A stretch of 64,000 nt of DNA. Source: Setoptus koraiensis (Eukaryota; Animalia; Arthropoda). Each line of letters starts with the position of its first letter. Position 1 is the first letter of the stretch. A program made the position numbers and the translations under genes. The notes beneath the pieces were generated by a model, which was not told the origin of the DNA, made no database searches, and was given only the letters and a program-made list of their open reading frames with translations. Positions 10,546 to 21,906 of this stretch are shown here, one piece after another. Location of the stretch: assembly GCA_048013815.1 (NCBI GenBank), contig CM106585.1, forward strand, positions 9,982,001-10,046,000. The letters are read 5' to 3'.

Positions 10546-13329
10546 ATGGGGCCCGACACTGAGATGGATGCATCGATTGCTAAGCATCTAGAAGACATGT
10601 TAGTTCATGAGGACTATCTTTCCATTTTGGAGCATAAGTTTACAAAGAGGATCACTACAGAACTTGAGCAACGAGGATTATTTTCTCGAGAACAACCGCC
10701 TTCAGAATTAACTAACCTGGGAGAGATCGCAAGAGTGCTGAACCTAGATGTTGTTGACTTGAAATCGGTAATATTAACTCAAGCAGCCACATTGCTGCAG
10801 TTGTTTGTAGTGAGTAACTTCACTGGTCCTAAACTAAACTCGATGCCAGAATATCAGCAGTTGCTTAGAAACAATCCCATTTATGACCAACTCAGCAGTT
10901 CTATTAATCACAAAGATTTGAGCATTGACTCTGTGGATGTTTACCATTTGATCAACCAGCCATGGATTCTATTTTGCGTCAAACAATTGATATCCTTACT
11001 TGAAGAACATTACTGCATCCAAAGTGGGAACAAGACCTCACTGTTCAGTTATTACTTATGGGAGTCACGATATTTGACCATATATTCGTTGATTCTATTG
11101 GATCCAGTGGAATCTATTATCCGTAGACATAGAAAGTCGCAAGATCAGATTTACTCTCATTTTATACTTCCTCTAAAAGACAACCAGTATGACATTGAAG
11201 AAAATTTGGCAACAGGGACGATCTTTCCTATGCCTGTAGAATTATGTTGTGAATTAGTTCAAGGCGCGCTCCAACGTGATGATATTACGATGGCGAGAAA
11301 ATTTCTCGATTCCGCTACCAGAATATCCGGCATATGCATAGAAGCTACTGGTATTCTAGGTAAAAGAACTCGCTTCCAACAAAAAGAAGTAGCCCAATTA
11401 GTTATTAAAGTGAACCAACAATCAAAAGATCCTAACATATGTCAGATCACTATAACTGACGCGGAAGAAGTCAGAGATTCCAACCTTCCTACTGATGTCA
11501 AGTTAGATTGCGATACACTATTGCCTGAAATACAGTTTACTTCTAAGGGCCATAGCGACACCGGTCATTTGGATAAAGATCTCAGTGTTCAGGAACAAGT
11601 TCTTCTTTTATCCATGTTAAATGTTCACAGCCAATCAGAGGCCGTAGATGAAAATGTGGCGGCAGAATATAGCGCGGCCTATCTTCAAACAATATTGAAA
11701 TCATCTACTGTTTGGAGTGTGAGTTACAAGGCCTTAGTTCAGAGGTGCAATGTAGAGAAAAAAATATCTAGAAAGATTGAGCGAGCCTTGCTACAGATGG
11801 AAGAATTGATCAAATTGACCACGGACCATACACAGAAAAAACCGAGCAATTATTTTGCTAGACTAAAACTATTCTATTCTGTGTTATGTCAACCGATCTG
11901 GAGCGTTCAACAAAACTACGGCGAAATATCTATGGACTTGGGTTTAATCAAGAATGCTCTAGATATATTTTTGAGAATAGATTTATGGGAAAAAGCAATA
12001 TGCTGCTATCAGTATCTTAACATGAACCAAAAAGCAGAAATTCTTATAAGAAGAGAGTTGGCCAAGAATGAAACTCCTTATTTGTACTGCCTGCTAGGCG
12101 ATGCAACCGAGGATATTAAATTCTATGACAAGGCTTGGGATCTATCGAATATGCGTTATGCAAGAGCAAAAAAATCACTTGGCACCCATTACTACGTCAG
12201 AAAACGTTACGATGAAGCGATAAAACACTATGAAATGGCTGTTAAAGTGAATCCTTCTAACACGGGAGTTCTATACATGTTAGCATATTCATATCTCATC
12301 GTAGAAGATTACGAACAGGCGGCCCAATGTTACAGACAGATAACACAATTTGACGATAGTAGCTTTTTAGCTTGGAACAACTTGTCAAAGGCTTATATCA
12401 AACTGAAACAAAAAGAACGAGCATGGCGAACTTTAAATGAAGCAATCAAGTGCAATTTTGAAGAATGGCGCATCTGGGAAAATTTTATGCTTGTCTCGAC
12501 AGATATTGGAGCTTTCGATGATATTATAAAGGCTTGGCATCGACTTATCGACCTGAAATCGAGTCATGAGGACGATCAAGTGCTGCAGATATTGACAGAT
12601 GCCTTAGTAACCAACACAAAAGATGTATACGGAGACCCTAGTGAACGGCTCATCAAGAAGGCTATCAAATTGATTGCTAGACTTCACGCAACAAGTGCCT
12701 CGTCACCAACTGTTTGGATATGTTACTATAGATTATTACTTAGAGATTTCCAAATCGATTACTGCTCATCGGATGCAACTTCTTCGTGCGATGATGGAAG
12801 TAAGGTTGAAAATTCATCAGCTACTAACAAAAACAAGGATTTGAATAAATCGTGTCAAGTTGATAAGATAGCCCACGCTCTTCAAAGAGCCATTCCCTCC
12901 AAGCTGACTGCGGACAGAAATTGGTTCTGTATAACCGAGAAAGTTTTAACAGTTCTGGAAACCTACAACAAACTCGCCGATTGTCATATAGAAGCTTATA
13001 ATGTACTACAAGGCTATTACGAGAGCTATCGTGATAAATCTGGTACTGAGCTGAAAACTCTTTCAACTCAAATGGCAAGCTTTAAAATGTCACTCAACAA
13101 TATTTGTAGGACCGTCAGTCGCAAAATTAACGAGACCACAAGCCTTGTGACGAATAACGAAATAGTTCTCAACAGTAGAGATGAAACAGGACAAATCAAC
13201 ACTGAGAGCGACCCACCAATGTCGGCCTCTCAACGACAACAATCTTTAATTGATAGCCTAACTGTTAAAAAGGATACCATTCAAAGGTTAATCGGGTCTT
13301 CCAATATGATATCACCTCGCACAGGATGA
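10546..13329 (+). CDS. TTC27: Tetratricopeptide repeat protein 27 homolog, single exon, about 927 aa from the first ATG
   Basis: Intronless ORF with TTC27 motifs LFVVSNFTGP, GILGKRTRFQQ..AQL, VWSVSYKAL..R, ERAL.QMEEL and a TPR array (YLYCLLGD, ARAKKSLG, AWNNLSKAY, WRIWENFM). First ATG at 10546; the ORF track start is an upstream GTG at 10495. Confidence 0.9.
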   Translation: MGPDTEMDASIAKHLEDMLVHEDYLSILEHKFTKRITTELEQRGLFSREQPPSELTNLGEIARVLNLDVVDLKSVILTQAATLLQLFVVSNFTGPKLNSMPEYQQLLRNNPIYDQLSSSINHKDLSIDSVDVYHLINQPWILFCVKQLISLLEEHYCIQSGNKTSLFSYYLWESRYLTIYSLILLDPVESIIRRHRKSQDQIYSHFILPLKDNQYDIEENLATGTIFPMPVELCCELVQGALQRDDITMARKFLDSATRISGICIEATGILGKRTRFQQKEVAQLVIKVNQQSKDPNICQITITDAEEVRDSNLPTDVKLDCDTLLPEIQFTSKGHSDTGHLDKDLSVQEQVLLLSMLNVHSQSEAVDENVAAEYSAAYLQTILKSSTVWSVSYKALVQRCNVEKKISRKIERALLQMEELIKLTTDHTQKKPSNYFARLKLFYSVLCQPIWSVQQNYGEISMDLGLIKNALDIFLRIDLWEKAICCYQYLNMNQKAEILIRRELAKNETPYLYCLLGDATEDIKFYDKAWDLSNMRYARAKKSLGTHYYVRKRYDEAIKHYEMAVKVNPSNTGVLYMLAYSYLIVEDYEQAAQCYRQITQFDDSSFLAWNNLSKAYIKLKQKERAWRTLNEAIKCNFEEWRIWENFMLVSTDIGAFDDIIKAWHRLIDLKSSHEDDQVLQILTDALVTNTKDVYGDPSERLIKKAIKLIARLHATSASSPTVWICYYRLLLRDFQIDYCSSDATSSCDDGSKVENSSATNKNKDLNKSCQVDKIAHALQRAIPSKLTADRNWFCITEKVLTVLETYNKLADCHIEAYNVLQGYYESYRDKSGTELKTLSTQMASFKMSLNNICRTVSRKINETTSLVTNNEIVLNSRDETGQINTESDPPMSASQRQQSLIDSLTVKKDTIQRLIGSSNMISPRTG

Positions 13330-13450
13330 AGCTGAATTTTCATTATGGTTGTGTTTATAAATATATATTCTCTCATATCCATGTTTATATGAATCAATTT
13401 TGGTGCCGATAAATATCTTTAATTCGACCATGTGAATTTTATCAGGAATT

Positions 13451-13876
13451 TTATTGTTTAGCAGCAGGTTCAGTTTGAGGTTCCTTGTCCTTGGCGATGG
13501 TTTCTAAATGTTCACTCTCCGATATTGCTGCCCTGAAAGGTGCTCGCATCTCCTGAGGCATTTGCATAATCCTGTATTGGATTATTTCCGAATAAAGGAC
13601 ATCTATCAGTTCTTTGCATAGCTCGGCTTGATGAGAATTTTTTATTTCAAAGAATTCTTCTCTTTGCTCAATATCGGAAACGGTACGAAATTGACACCTT
13701 TCTAACAGTTTGTTAAAATCCTCGGGTCTTTCACGGATGCGATCAACTTGTTTTTTCATGAAATCAATAGATAGCTCTAGCTTCATTTTGTTCCTAATGT
13801 GATTTTGGGTTTGAACATGCCGACTCAGCTCAAAGAAACTGTTCAGTTTGATGTCGCAATGATCACAGTTGTACAT
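13451..13876 (-). CDS. Small orphan protein (141 aa) with one U1/matrin/JAZ-like C2H2 zinc finger
   Basis: MYNCDHCDIKLNSFFELSRHVQTQNH = C-x2-C-x12-H-x5-H, followed by a helical region. Normal-complexity ORF, convergent with TTC27. Confidence 0.7.
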   Translation of the reverse strand: MYNCDHCDIKLNSFFELSRHVQTQNHIRNKMKLELSIDFMKKQVDRIRERPEDFNKLLERCQFRTVSDIEQREEFFEIKNSHQAELCKELIDVLYSEIIQYRIMQMPQEMRAPFRAAISESEHLETIAKDKEPQTEPAAKQ

Positions 13877-16800
13877 ATTGATTCTGTCCGGTAAGCCCAC
13901 AGATGGTGATTATGAAGAGATTAATATCAATAGTGACAACTCCGATCTTCGCGCAATAGAAGAGTTTTAAGGAGTACCAAGCCAGTATCTTGATGATCTG
14001 CTGCGTCGACAGGAATTAGCTCAACTGTAATTCACGTCTACCTATTCAATGATATGATTTGGATAAATATTCTGAGCGAATGCACACAAGAAGACATTTC
14101 AGTAGGCACATTATGCACATGTTGTATTGTTGAGTTACAAGTGAACGATTTAATTTTTCAACGGTTTTTACGCAACACACGATGCGTTGACATTTGTCGC
14201 TACTTGCGCGTTTTTTTTTTCAATTACCTGTAAGTTTCTTCAATTACCTGTAAGTGCATCACAGATAATTGAGAGCAAATCCGTTTGGCACTCTCGTTAC
14301 TCTGAAGTTTGATGACCGGAGCAAACGCAAACAATCAGACGATTCAAACTCACCATCAACAGATTGAACTTACCTGTCTTACATGGTCTATCATGTACGA
14401 AGAGCAAAAAGATCATTTTGATCAGGGTGAAAACTAATGTTCGGATATTGCAACTCACCTGAAACGATTGTGCTGCAAGTCAAGTCATCCAATTACCGAC
14501 ATCTGCTAGTGTCATCTCATAACTTCACAATGTGCAGTCTTGGCCGATGTCAATGCCATTTCAATTATGGTTGGTTGTAATAACAACGCAAGGCTCTGTA
14601 ACAATTGCCGATCAGTTTTGCATCAGCGATGGTCCATCGTTTTGTAATTGTTGTTTCACTTGTTTTGTTTGCCGGTGAACCGGAAAAAGTGGCCAGTTCG
14701 TGGGCCGCATCGTGCAGTTCCAGACACACGATTGTGTCTGTCTATATGCTTGTGGCCTCATGAATTGAGACACACAATTTCGGACTCGTTGTGAGGCCGA
14801 CGCTGAGGGGGATGACAATCAATGATATGAACCTCAATGCGAGCGACATGGATGCTCCCCGTCGAGCTCGTGTTCATTGGTCAGTGTTCATAGCAGCGAA
14901 AATCAAATTAGTGGCAGTTTGTTTTGTTCCATGGACTCATACAGTGTGGCTTGCATTGTGTGAGAGAAGCGAGTTTGTTGAAATGTTTAATTGAGTGACC
15001 ATGACACACGGACACAAGCCAACAATTTTGTATTTACGATGCCGAGAATGTCGCATGGACCCAACAATTACATCTGATTGTTATTATGTAATTTTGTAGG
15101 TAGATTAACTGGCTGAGAGCCTATATTGGCGACCCACTGAACACACGCACATGTTGGTTGGCCCGTGGAGCCCCCACTGAATATCCACTGAATACGCTCA
15201 CTGGACAATATTCACTGGACAATATTGAGTCGCCGTTATTAATATACACATATCATATCCAGCCGAGTGAGAGCGGTTGCGGTGAGCGGAATATGATGAT
15301 GCGTGTATATTGTGTTGCTGCGGCGGTTCCCGCTGAGTGAGGTCAAGTGGGCCATTCTTTGTGTGCCCCATTCAGAGGGTCACTCGAACGTTGTCTATAT
15401 TGTGCGCTCTGGTGTCAGTGGGGTTCCTCGGGCACGCCGAAACCATATTGCACACGCATGCAGCGGGCACGCTGCAGAAGGATTGATGATAACTTTATCA
15501 CACAATGTGTAATTGAGATCTAATAAACTGGCCAGCCGGCCAACGGGGGCCGGTTTGTTTTCATTTTTGTTCATTTTGTTGCCGGTTGTTGTGGTGTGCG
15601 GCTCGTGTGAGGGGCAGCAACACAAATATGACGATATCGGCCGTGCCCGGTATGAGATATATTCAGTTGCAGCCAGATAATGTATGGTTATAGCCCGACG
15701 GACCCTTTAGTTGGCATGAGCAGTGATATAGGTCAGCGAGATGCGCCGTTAGAGGCGAGTACATCGAGCGTGCTGAGATCGAACGCCATCACCGCAACCA
15801 CTAATGATTGCGGTGATCATCTTGGCGCGAAATTATCAATTATTTATCATTAGCGAGAGTTGGTTGCACCATTTTTTGAAAAATATCGGCCGGGCGGGGG
15901 GGGGGGAGCAGCAGTTCACACGGTTCAGCTGGCACGCTGGCGGCCAGTGCGCCGGGTCGAACTGGGCAAAATTGGGCATTCGGACAAGAGCAAAATAGAC
16001 AAAATGGGCCAAGCGGGCCAACTGGGCACAAAATAACGCGAGGCCAATAATGTCAATGTTGTGGGGCACGACGACGATTTGACGCGACTGTTGGCGTCAC
16101 TGGCGACTCGCGAGTTTATCAGTCGTCAGAAGTTAACTAGGGCCAACCACCAGCCCCAGTTAGCGCCGGCAACAACCACATCATCGGCGGCAACAACGAC
16201 ATCATCGGCGGCAACAACAGCGGCAACAACGGCAACAACAACGGCAACAACAAAAGACTGTCGAAACGTCATTAGAGTGCGGCCGCGACGAGGGGCTCCG
16301 TGGCAGGGGCGCGCCATCGTGGCGCCCCCTGCGAGCCTAGCATGAGTATTGGTGAATATATCGGCGAGAAGCGCCAAAGTGGAAGCGTCAGCGCAAACGA
16401 ACGGTGCGACACTAACGACAACAGCGGCAATATTTATACTTGCACTTATATTTATATTTATAATAAATGATGGCCGATGGCGATCATGACAACAATGACA
16501 ATGGAGCATGTGATATCTCAATCACAGGTGATATGCGTCAGCACCGGTCAGTGTCCATTTTGACGCTTTGTTGGCAGCGTTCCTTTGTGTTTGGCTTGTT
16601 GTAAGTCGCCCTGTTCGAAGCCGATATACACGCGATATGTACGCGCGATATTCACGCCAATATGCCAGCCAGCGGGCCGACAGGCGAACGCGCCCGAGCG
16701 CGCGGCCCGGCGCGATATGGCCCAAGCCGGCCCGGCTCGGCCGAAATTATAACAACTACAACTGACAAGCGGACAACACCAGATAAACACAATTGGCCTA

Positions 16801-19482
16801 CATATGGCGCCCGGTGTGATTATTGTTGTGGCGTGGTCGCATTGTGCGCTGTCATTGTTGTTGTCTCAATTCGATTATCGACAGCCATTGTCATATTTCT
16901 CATTTTTCGCTTCCTCGCAGCGCCTTCCAGTGGGAGCCTTCCAATGGAAGGCGCTGCTATCGCTGTATCGGTTGTTCTTTTTGTCGCTCTCTCTCTCTCT
17001 CTCGGCTGTCGTCGTTGTCTGGTCCGCTTGCCAGACTGCGCGTCGTCGGCGCACCGACAACGCCGACAACAACGACAACGCCGACAGCAACGACAACGCC
17101 GACAACAACGACAACGACAGCGACAACAGCAACGAGAAGGGGCCACGACCAACGCGAGATACACGCAGATTACCTGGCGCGATTCGGTGCGGTTTGCGCG
17201 TCTATCGATATTCCGATTTAGCTCACGGGCCGGCCTGTTGCTGTCAGTCGGCGGCCGCGCCATCGGCACATCGGCGGCCAATCGGGCCAGGAATGCCGCC
17301 GTGCGCTATGTTTACAGTTCGTTTTAATCAGCGGTTCGTGCGCCGACTGCGGCCGGCGCTAACGCGAGCAACAGTTCGCCTTCGAATTCGGCTTCGGCTT
17401 CGAATTCGCAACAACAACCAACCGAACAGCGACAACCGTGCACGCTGGACACTGACCGCGCCACCATCGGGCCTGATTTTATGCGTGTCAACATCAGTTA
17501 TGATGGGCGCGTTGATGCGATCACTATGATTCCGTGGCCATAATTTCTCTCTGCCGTTGCTCGCCAATTTCCATGTTTCGCTATTCCGATGCTCCCATAT
17601 TTCGACATTTCGATATTTCGCCGTTTCCACACATGGATGTGTGGCGTTCGCGCGTTTGCGCACAGTTCGCGAATGTTGATTTAACATTTCAATTCAACAT
17701 TTCGATTCCAGTTTAACATTTCGGTGTCGTTGTCAGCCGTTGTCGTGGTGGCCGCTGCTTGATTAGAAATAGATTACAATTCTCGCCTACTGGCCGGTTC
17801 GTTTCGCACGGCAACATTTTCGAATATTCTTTTTCTTCGAATTTAATTTTCAATTTTTTTTTAATTTCTCCATTTTCTCCATTTTTAATTTCTCTCCTTG
17901 GGCGCTCTGCAGCGCCCGCCAGATGGCGGCTCGATCCGGCTCATCGCCAACAGCCGAACCCGTGACAGATACGACAGCGATCATAGACACACAATGGTCT
18001 CGCCAGGCACTCGACCCGTCCTATATCCGGTGCGGTGCATCGGCGTGTCTCTGCGGCGATCTCAATTATAGGTTGAGACAGACTATACAGACAGACCGTA
18101 GACGGACTATAGACGGACTATGGACGGACTATAGACGGACCACAGATAGACTAGAGATAGGCGCGTGAGCAATGCGCTGTTTGTGTCACTGTCGGTGGCG
18201 AGACGAACCCAGTTACGCGCCTATATCTGCTTGCAGCGCCCCTTTCGGGCGCCCTCGACAGCTTTCGGGGCCCTTGCGTGCCTTTTGCGGGCCTGGGTCA
18301 AATGATTTCTTCGGGGCCCGCTCGTCGTGATCGGAATAACTGACTGCGAGCGACCGGATTTGCTCATTTGATTGACAAAGGCACAATCACAACTCTGTGC
18401 CGGCCGATCAAGACAAGCGAGGCACAACTAGCTCGCTATAATCAGTGGCTATCAGTGATATTGGGCGCTGATCACTCACAAGTCAGTTGTATGTGTGTTA
18501 TATTCATTGGAAATGCTGATTGGCTGGCTGGTCGACGGTTGCGTTGCGACCATTCAATGGCATTGTTTGGCGAGACAAAGCTGACAGACGTCGCTGTCGT
18601 GAGCGAAATATCAGCGGCTCAAGTTGCCATGACAATGCGAGTTAGTCACGCCGGCTCGGCTCGGCTCGCGAGTATCCGTTGAGCGGGCGACTCGTTGCGT
18701 CGATCGCTGTATCGATTCTCGTAATTGCCGTCGCCATTGTTGTCCTATTTTGCTGTTTGGTTGTGTTGCCGTTTTGCTGCTTTGTCGCTTTGCTATTTCG
18801 CTATTTTGCCATTTCGATTTAGAAATAGACACACACACACACACACTGTGCAGCGTGATTAAATTGAGTGTGACGTAACGACGACAACAACAGGCTAGTG
18901 CTAAATGACAAAACAGCAACAGCAAACAGCAACAACATTACATAATGGATGATGTTCGGATGCCGCACTCACAATTAACTTGCACCATTGCAACATTGCC
19001 CAAATCTCATGCTCTGTCCTGTCTGGCCGTGCCCACGCCAGGCCGGGCCGGTCGCGGGCACGCCAAGACGCGGCCCGGCCGCGCTCACCTGGCCACTGAC
19101 CACCTATGGCCAGACTCATACACAGACTCATACACAGACTCATACACAGACTCATACCCGGACTCATACCCGGACTCATATACCGACTGGCACTTGACAC
19201 AAGCGCATAATGCAGGCACCTATACGAGTAGATATACGCACTTCAACCATTATATAATAGTATATATATAATAGGCGGACAGTGTCGGATAGTGACACAC
19301 AGCGGTTACATAATCAATCAAACGGATGATTACCTAAATAGAGGGCGCCATCAACTGGCCAATGATGAATGAATCAGTGAATGAACACAAACAAGGCACA
19401 GTGAAGCCGAGCGTGTTAGTAATTGCGACCCAAGTGATTGATTGTGTGCGACACCAGCCACTCTCGCCGTCGCCGTCGCTGT

Positions 19483-19515
<33 letters not shown>

Positions 19516-21764
19516 CGTTGCTGTTGCTGTTGTTGTGCTGTTGTTGCTGTCGGTGCTGTTGTTGTTGCCGCCGTCGCATTGTTTGTCGCACAAACACCGA
19601 CACGCTAGCTCGCGGGCTCACACAATATTATTACCTAGCGCGGCGCCGATGGTGAGCGTTACGTAACTTTGCAGTGTCTCTCTAATTGATTTAAAATTGG
19701 GCACACACGCTCACACTGCCCACCAGCGCTCAACCGCCGCGCAACCACCGCACAAGCGCCGCGCAACCGCCCCGCAACCGCCCCGCAACCACCGTGCAAC
19801 CACTGTCACAACCAGAGTCTAAATATAAAGTAAACGTTGGTCTAAGGCTGCTCGCCTCAACCTGACAGCGGACAGCGCTCGGTGTCAGCACTATTTGTCT
19901 GCGTGTTTGTGTTGGCCCTTGGCTGGCCGCCGGATCATCCGATCCGACGCAACGCCGGCCAATCCAATAAGCTCGTGGTGACCGCTCGATCGCAACAGCA
20001 ACCTGTCTGTCGAGTGTGTTTGCTTTTGCTGGGTCGCTTTGTTAAAAAACAGCAACCACTGAGCACACAATGAGTCACTTGTAGTCACTTGTGCGCCGCT
20101 TGTTTGCCTAACCATCTTTTCATTTCCGGTGCAATTGTTTATTTTCGTGCTGCGGCTCGTCGTCATCGTCGTCGTCGTGTCCGTCGTCGTTATTTCAGCT
20201 GCCGGCCGCAGACGAAGCAGCGCGCACACACACACACGGCGAGAGACACGAGAGATTTATGATTAATTATCGTCGTCATTATATTATAATTGTTTGTTTG
20301 CTCAGTCGCTTCTCTGGCCTCGCTTCACGAGTTGCGAGTCACAAGTGTCAGCCTGCGCCGCAGTTACATACGAATTCGGCCAAATCCGCGCCCGATTGGC
20401 GCAAATTTCAAGCGCCCATTCGGCCGATCTGGCCGAATTTGTATGACGAGCGTGTATTTGTAAACGGGCGACGGGCACCGGCCGCTCGTGGCTCCTCCAG
20501 GCGGCGCAGCTCTCCGCCGGCTCGAAGAGTCGCAACTTTTCGTAGGCCCGGACCTGCCAAAAATTGCCGGATTCGCCCAGTTCGGACGCCGGCGTCCACT
20601 GACGGCCGGCGATCAGCCGATGCGGCCCGCATGTCGGGCCGGTCCACTGATACTCGTACCGTGCGGCATCTCGCACGACCAACAAGACCGAGATCGCTCG
20701 CCGGCGCGCGAGCTAACGGTGACGCAACCGGCTATTATGTGCGCTTGTTTACAAAAATGTGCCATTTCCACGGGCACTTTCGAGCGCGCGGAGGCGCGCT
20801 GTCGAACGCGCCAGATAAATTAAATAAATAATGCCAACAACGAATGGCGCGGCATGGGAGAGAGCGGCCAGACCGCTGTCGTTCGGCACGCTTCGGTGGC
20901 GGCCCCTTCCTGGCGGCCGGCGCGGTTGCCATGACGACGGTGCGGATGTAGCGGATAATTATTGCCGCTGTCACACAACCACTGCCACTGCCACTGTTAC
21001 TGTTGCTGTTTCGCTGGCTGGTGGTGCCGTATGACTGGTGGCGCCGCCGCCGCATGACCGGTGCCGCGGCTCACATCATGCGAGTCACATGGCAAGAAGC
21101 GAGTCGCCCTATGACACAATGACACGCTGACATGCCCACGGGATCGGAAGCTTGTCCGCGCCGCGCGGACACACTCGCGCAAAGTGGAGCAGAAGAAGCG
21201 CCCCATTTGCTCCAGATCTGTGCGCGGCATAATCGTTGTCGGGCGAGTCGCTGCCGGGCGAGTCGCTGTCGGGAGGGCGCCTTGGAACTTGCAAGTTGGA
21301 AGCGCATTAGCGCAGCACTGGATTATTATTGTTGCAGCGACTGTCGGTCGGATTATTGCCGCTAGTCGCAACATTAGACGAACGGCGGCCAGCAGGCCGA
21401 AAAAAGTGGCCGCCATTTGAGCGGCCAAATTGAGCATGACACAAACAAGCACGAGTTAGTTTGCGGTCAACTTGTCAACTGACCGGCCGGCCCGACATGC
21501 CAGCGCCAGCTAATCATGCGCTGAAGTGAGCAGCGCACCGGCGTTCGCCGGCCAGCTCCGGGCCACTTGCGGGCCGCTTTCGGACCCGTCGGCCTGCCCG
21601 TCGGTCTGCGCGTCGGCCTGCCCACCCGAACTGCCCAGCCGAACTGACCACACGCACACGCTCGCCGACACTTGATAATTCGAGCTGATCATTCGTCAGC
21701 GCTGATTGTGCAGTCCAATTAACTCGCCGCCATCTCGCTCGCCCGCGCACAGCTCTCTCGCCGG

Positions 21765-21906
21765 CCACGTAACTTCCGGTTGACCGGCGACACGCACTGT
21801 CGAGTTGCGCGCGCGCAAATTAAATTCGCCAATCAAATTCGCCAATCAAATTTGATTATCAAAATTCAAGCCGCTCCCATTACGAGCGGCTAACCTCATT
21901 ACGTCA
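21765..21906. promoter_or_regulatory. Candidate promoter/enhancer motif cluster (ETS-like CCGGAAGT, two CCAAT boxes, CRE/ATF-like TGACGTAA)
   Basis: ACTTCCGG at 21772-21779, GCCAATCA at 21828 and 21841, TTACGTCA at 21899-21906. Motif matches only. Confidence 0.25.

Noticed and set aside
13890-14030. Protein-like plus-strand reading (DGDYEEININSD...LDDLLRRQELAQL)
   Set aside because: It is interrupted by a stop, lacks a start or splice context, and lies antisense to the zinc-finger leader.
16804-17529. 241-aa ORF, and similar long ORFs at 26639-27307, 31573-32196, 42399-42965, 53580-54185, 54555-55103, 55196-55822, 61043-61652
   Set aside because: They are built largely from micro/minisatellites or GC-rich stop-poor sequence, are often open in several frames and on both strands, and show no domain.
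20302-20350. U2 snRNA-like 5' words (GTCGCTTCTC..GGCC, CAAGTGT)
   Set aside because: The branch-point recognition sequence GTAGTA and the Sm site are absent.
20997-21437. Minus-strand ORF with a hydrophobic N-terminus (MLNLAAQMAATFFGLLAAV...)
   Set aside because: Several overlapping frames are equally open in this GC-rich region, and there is no clear cleavage site, poly(A) signal or homology.
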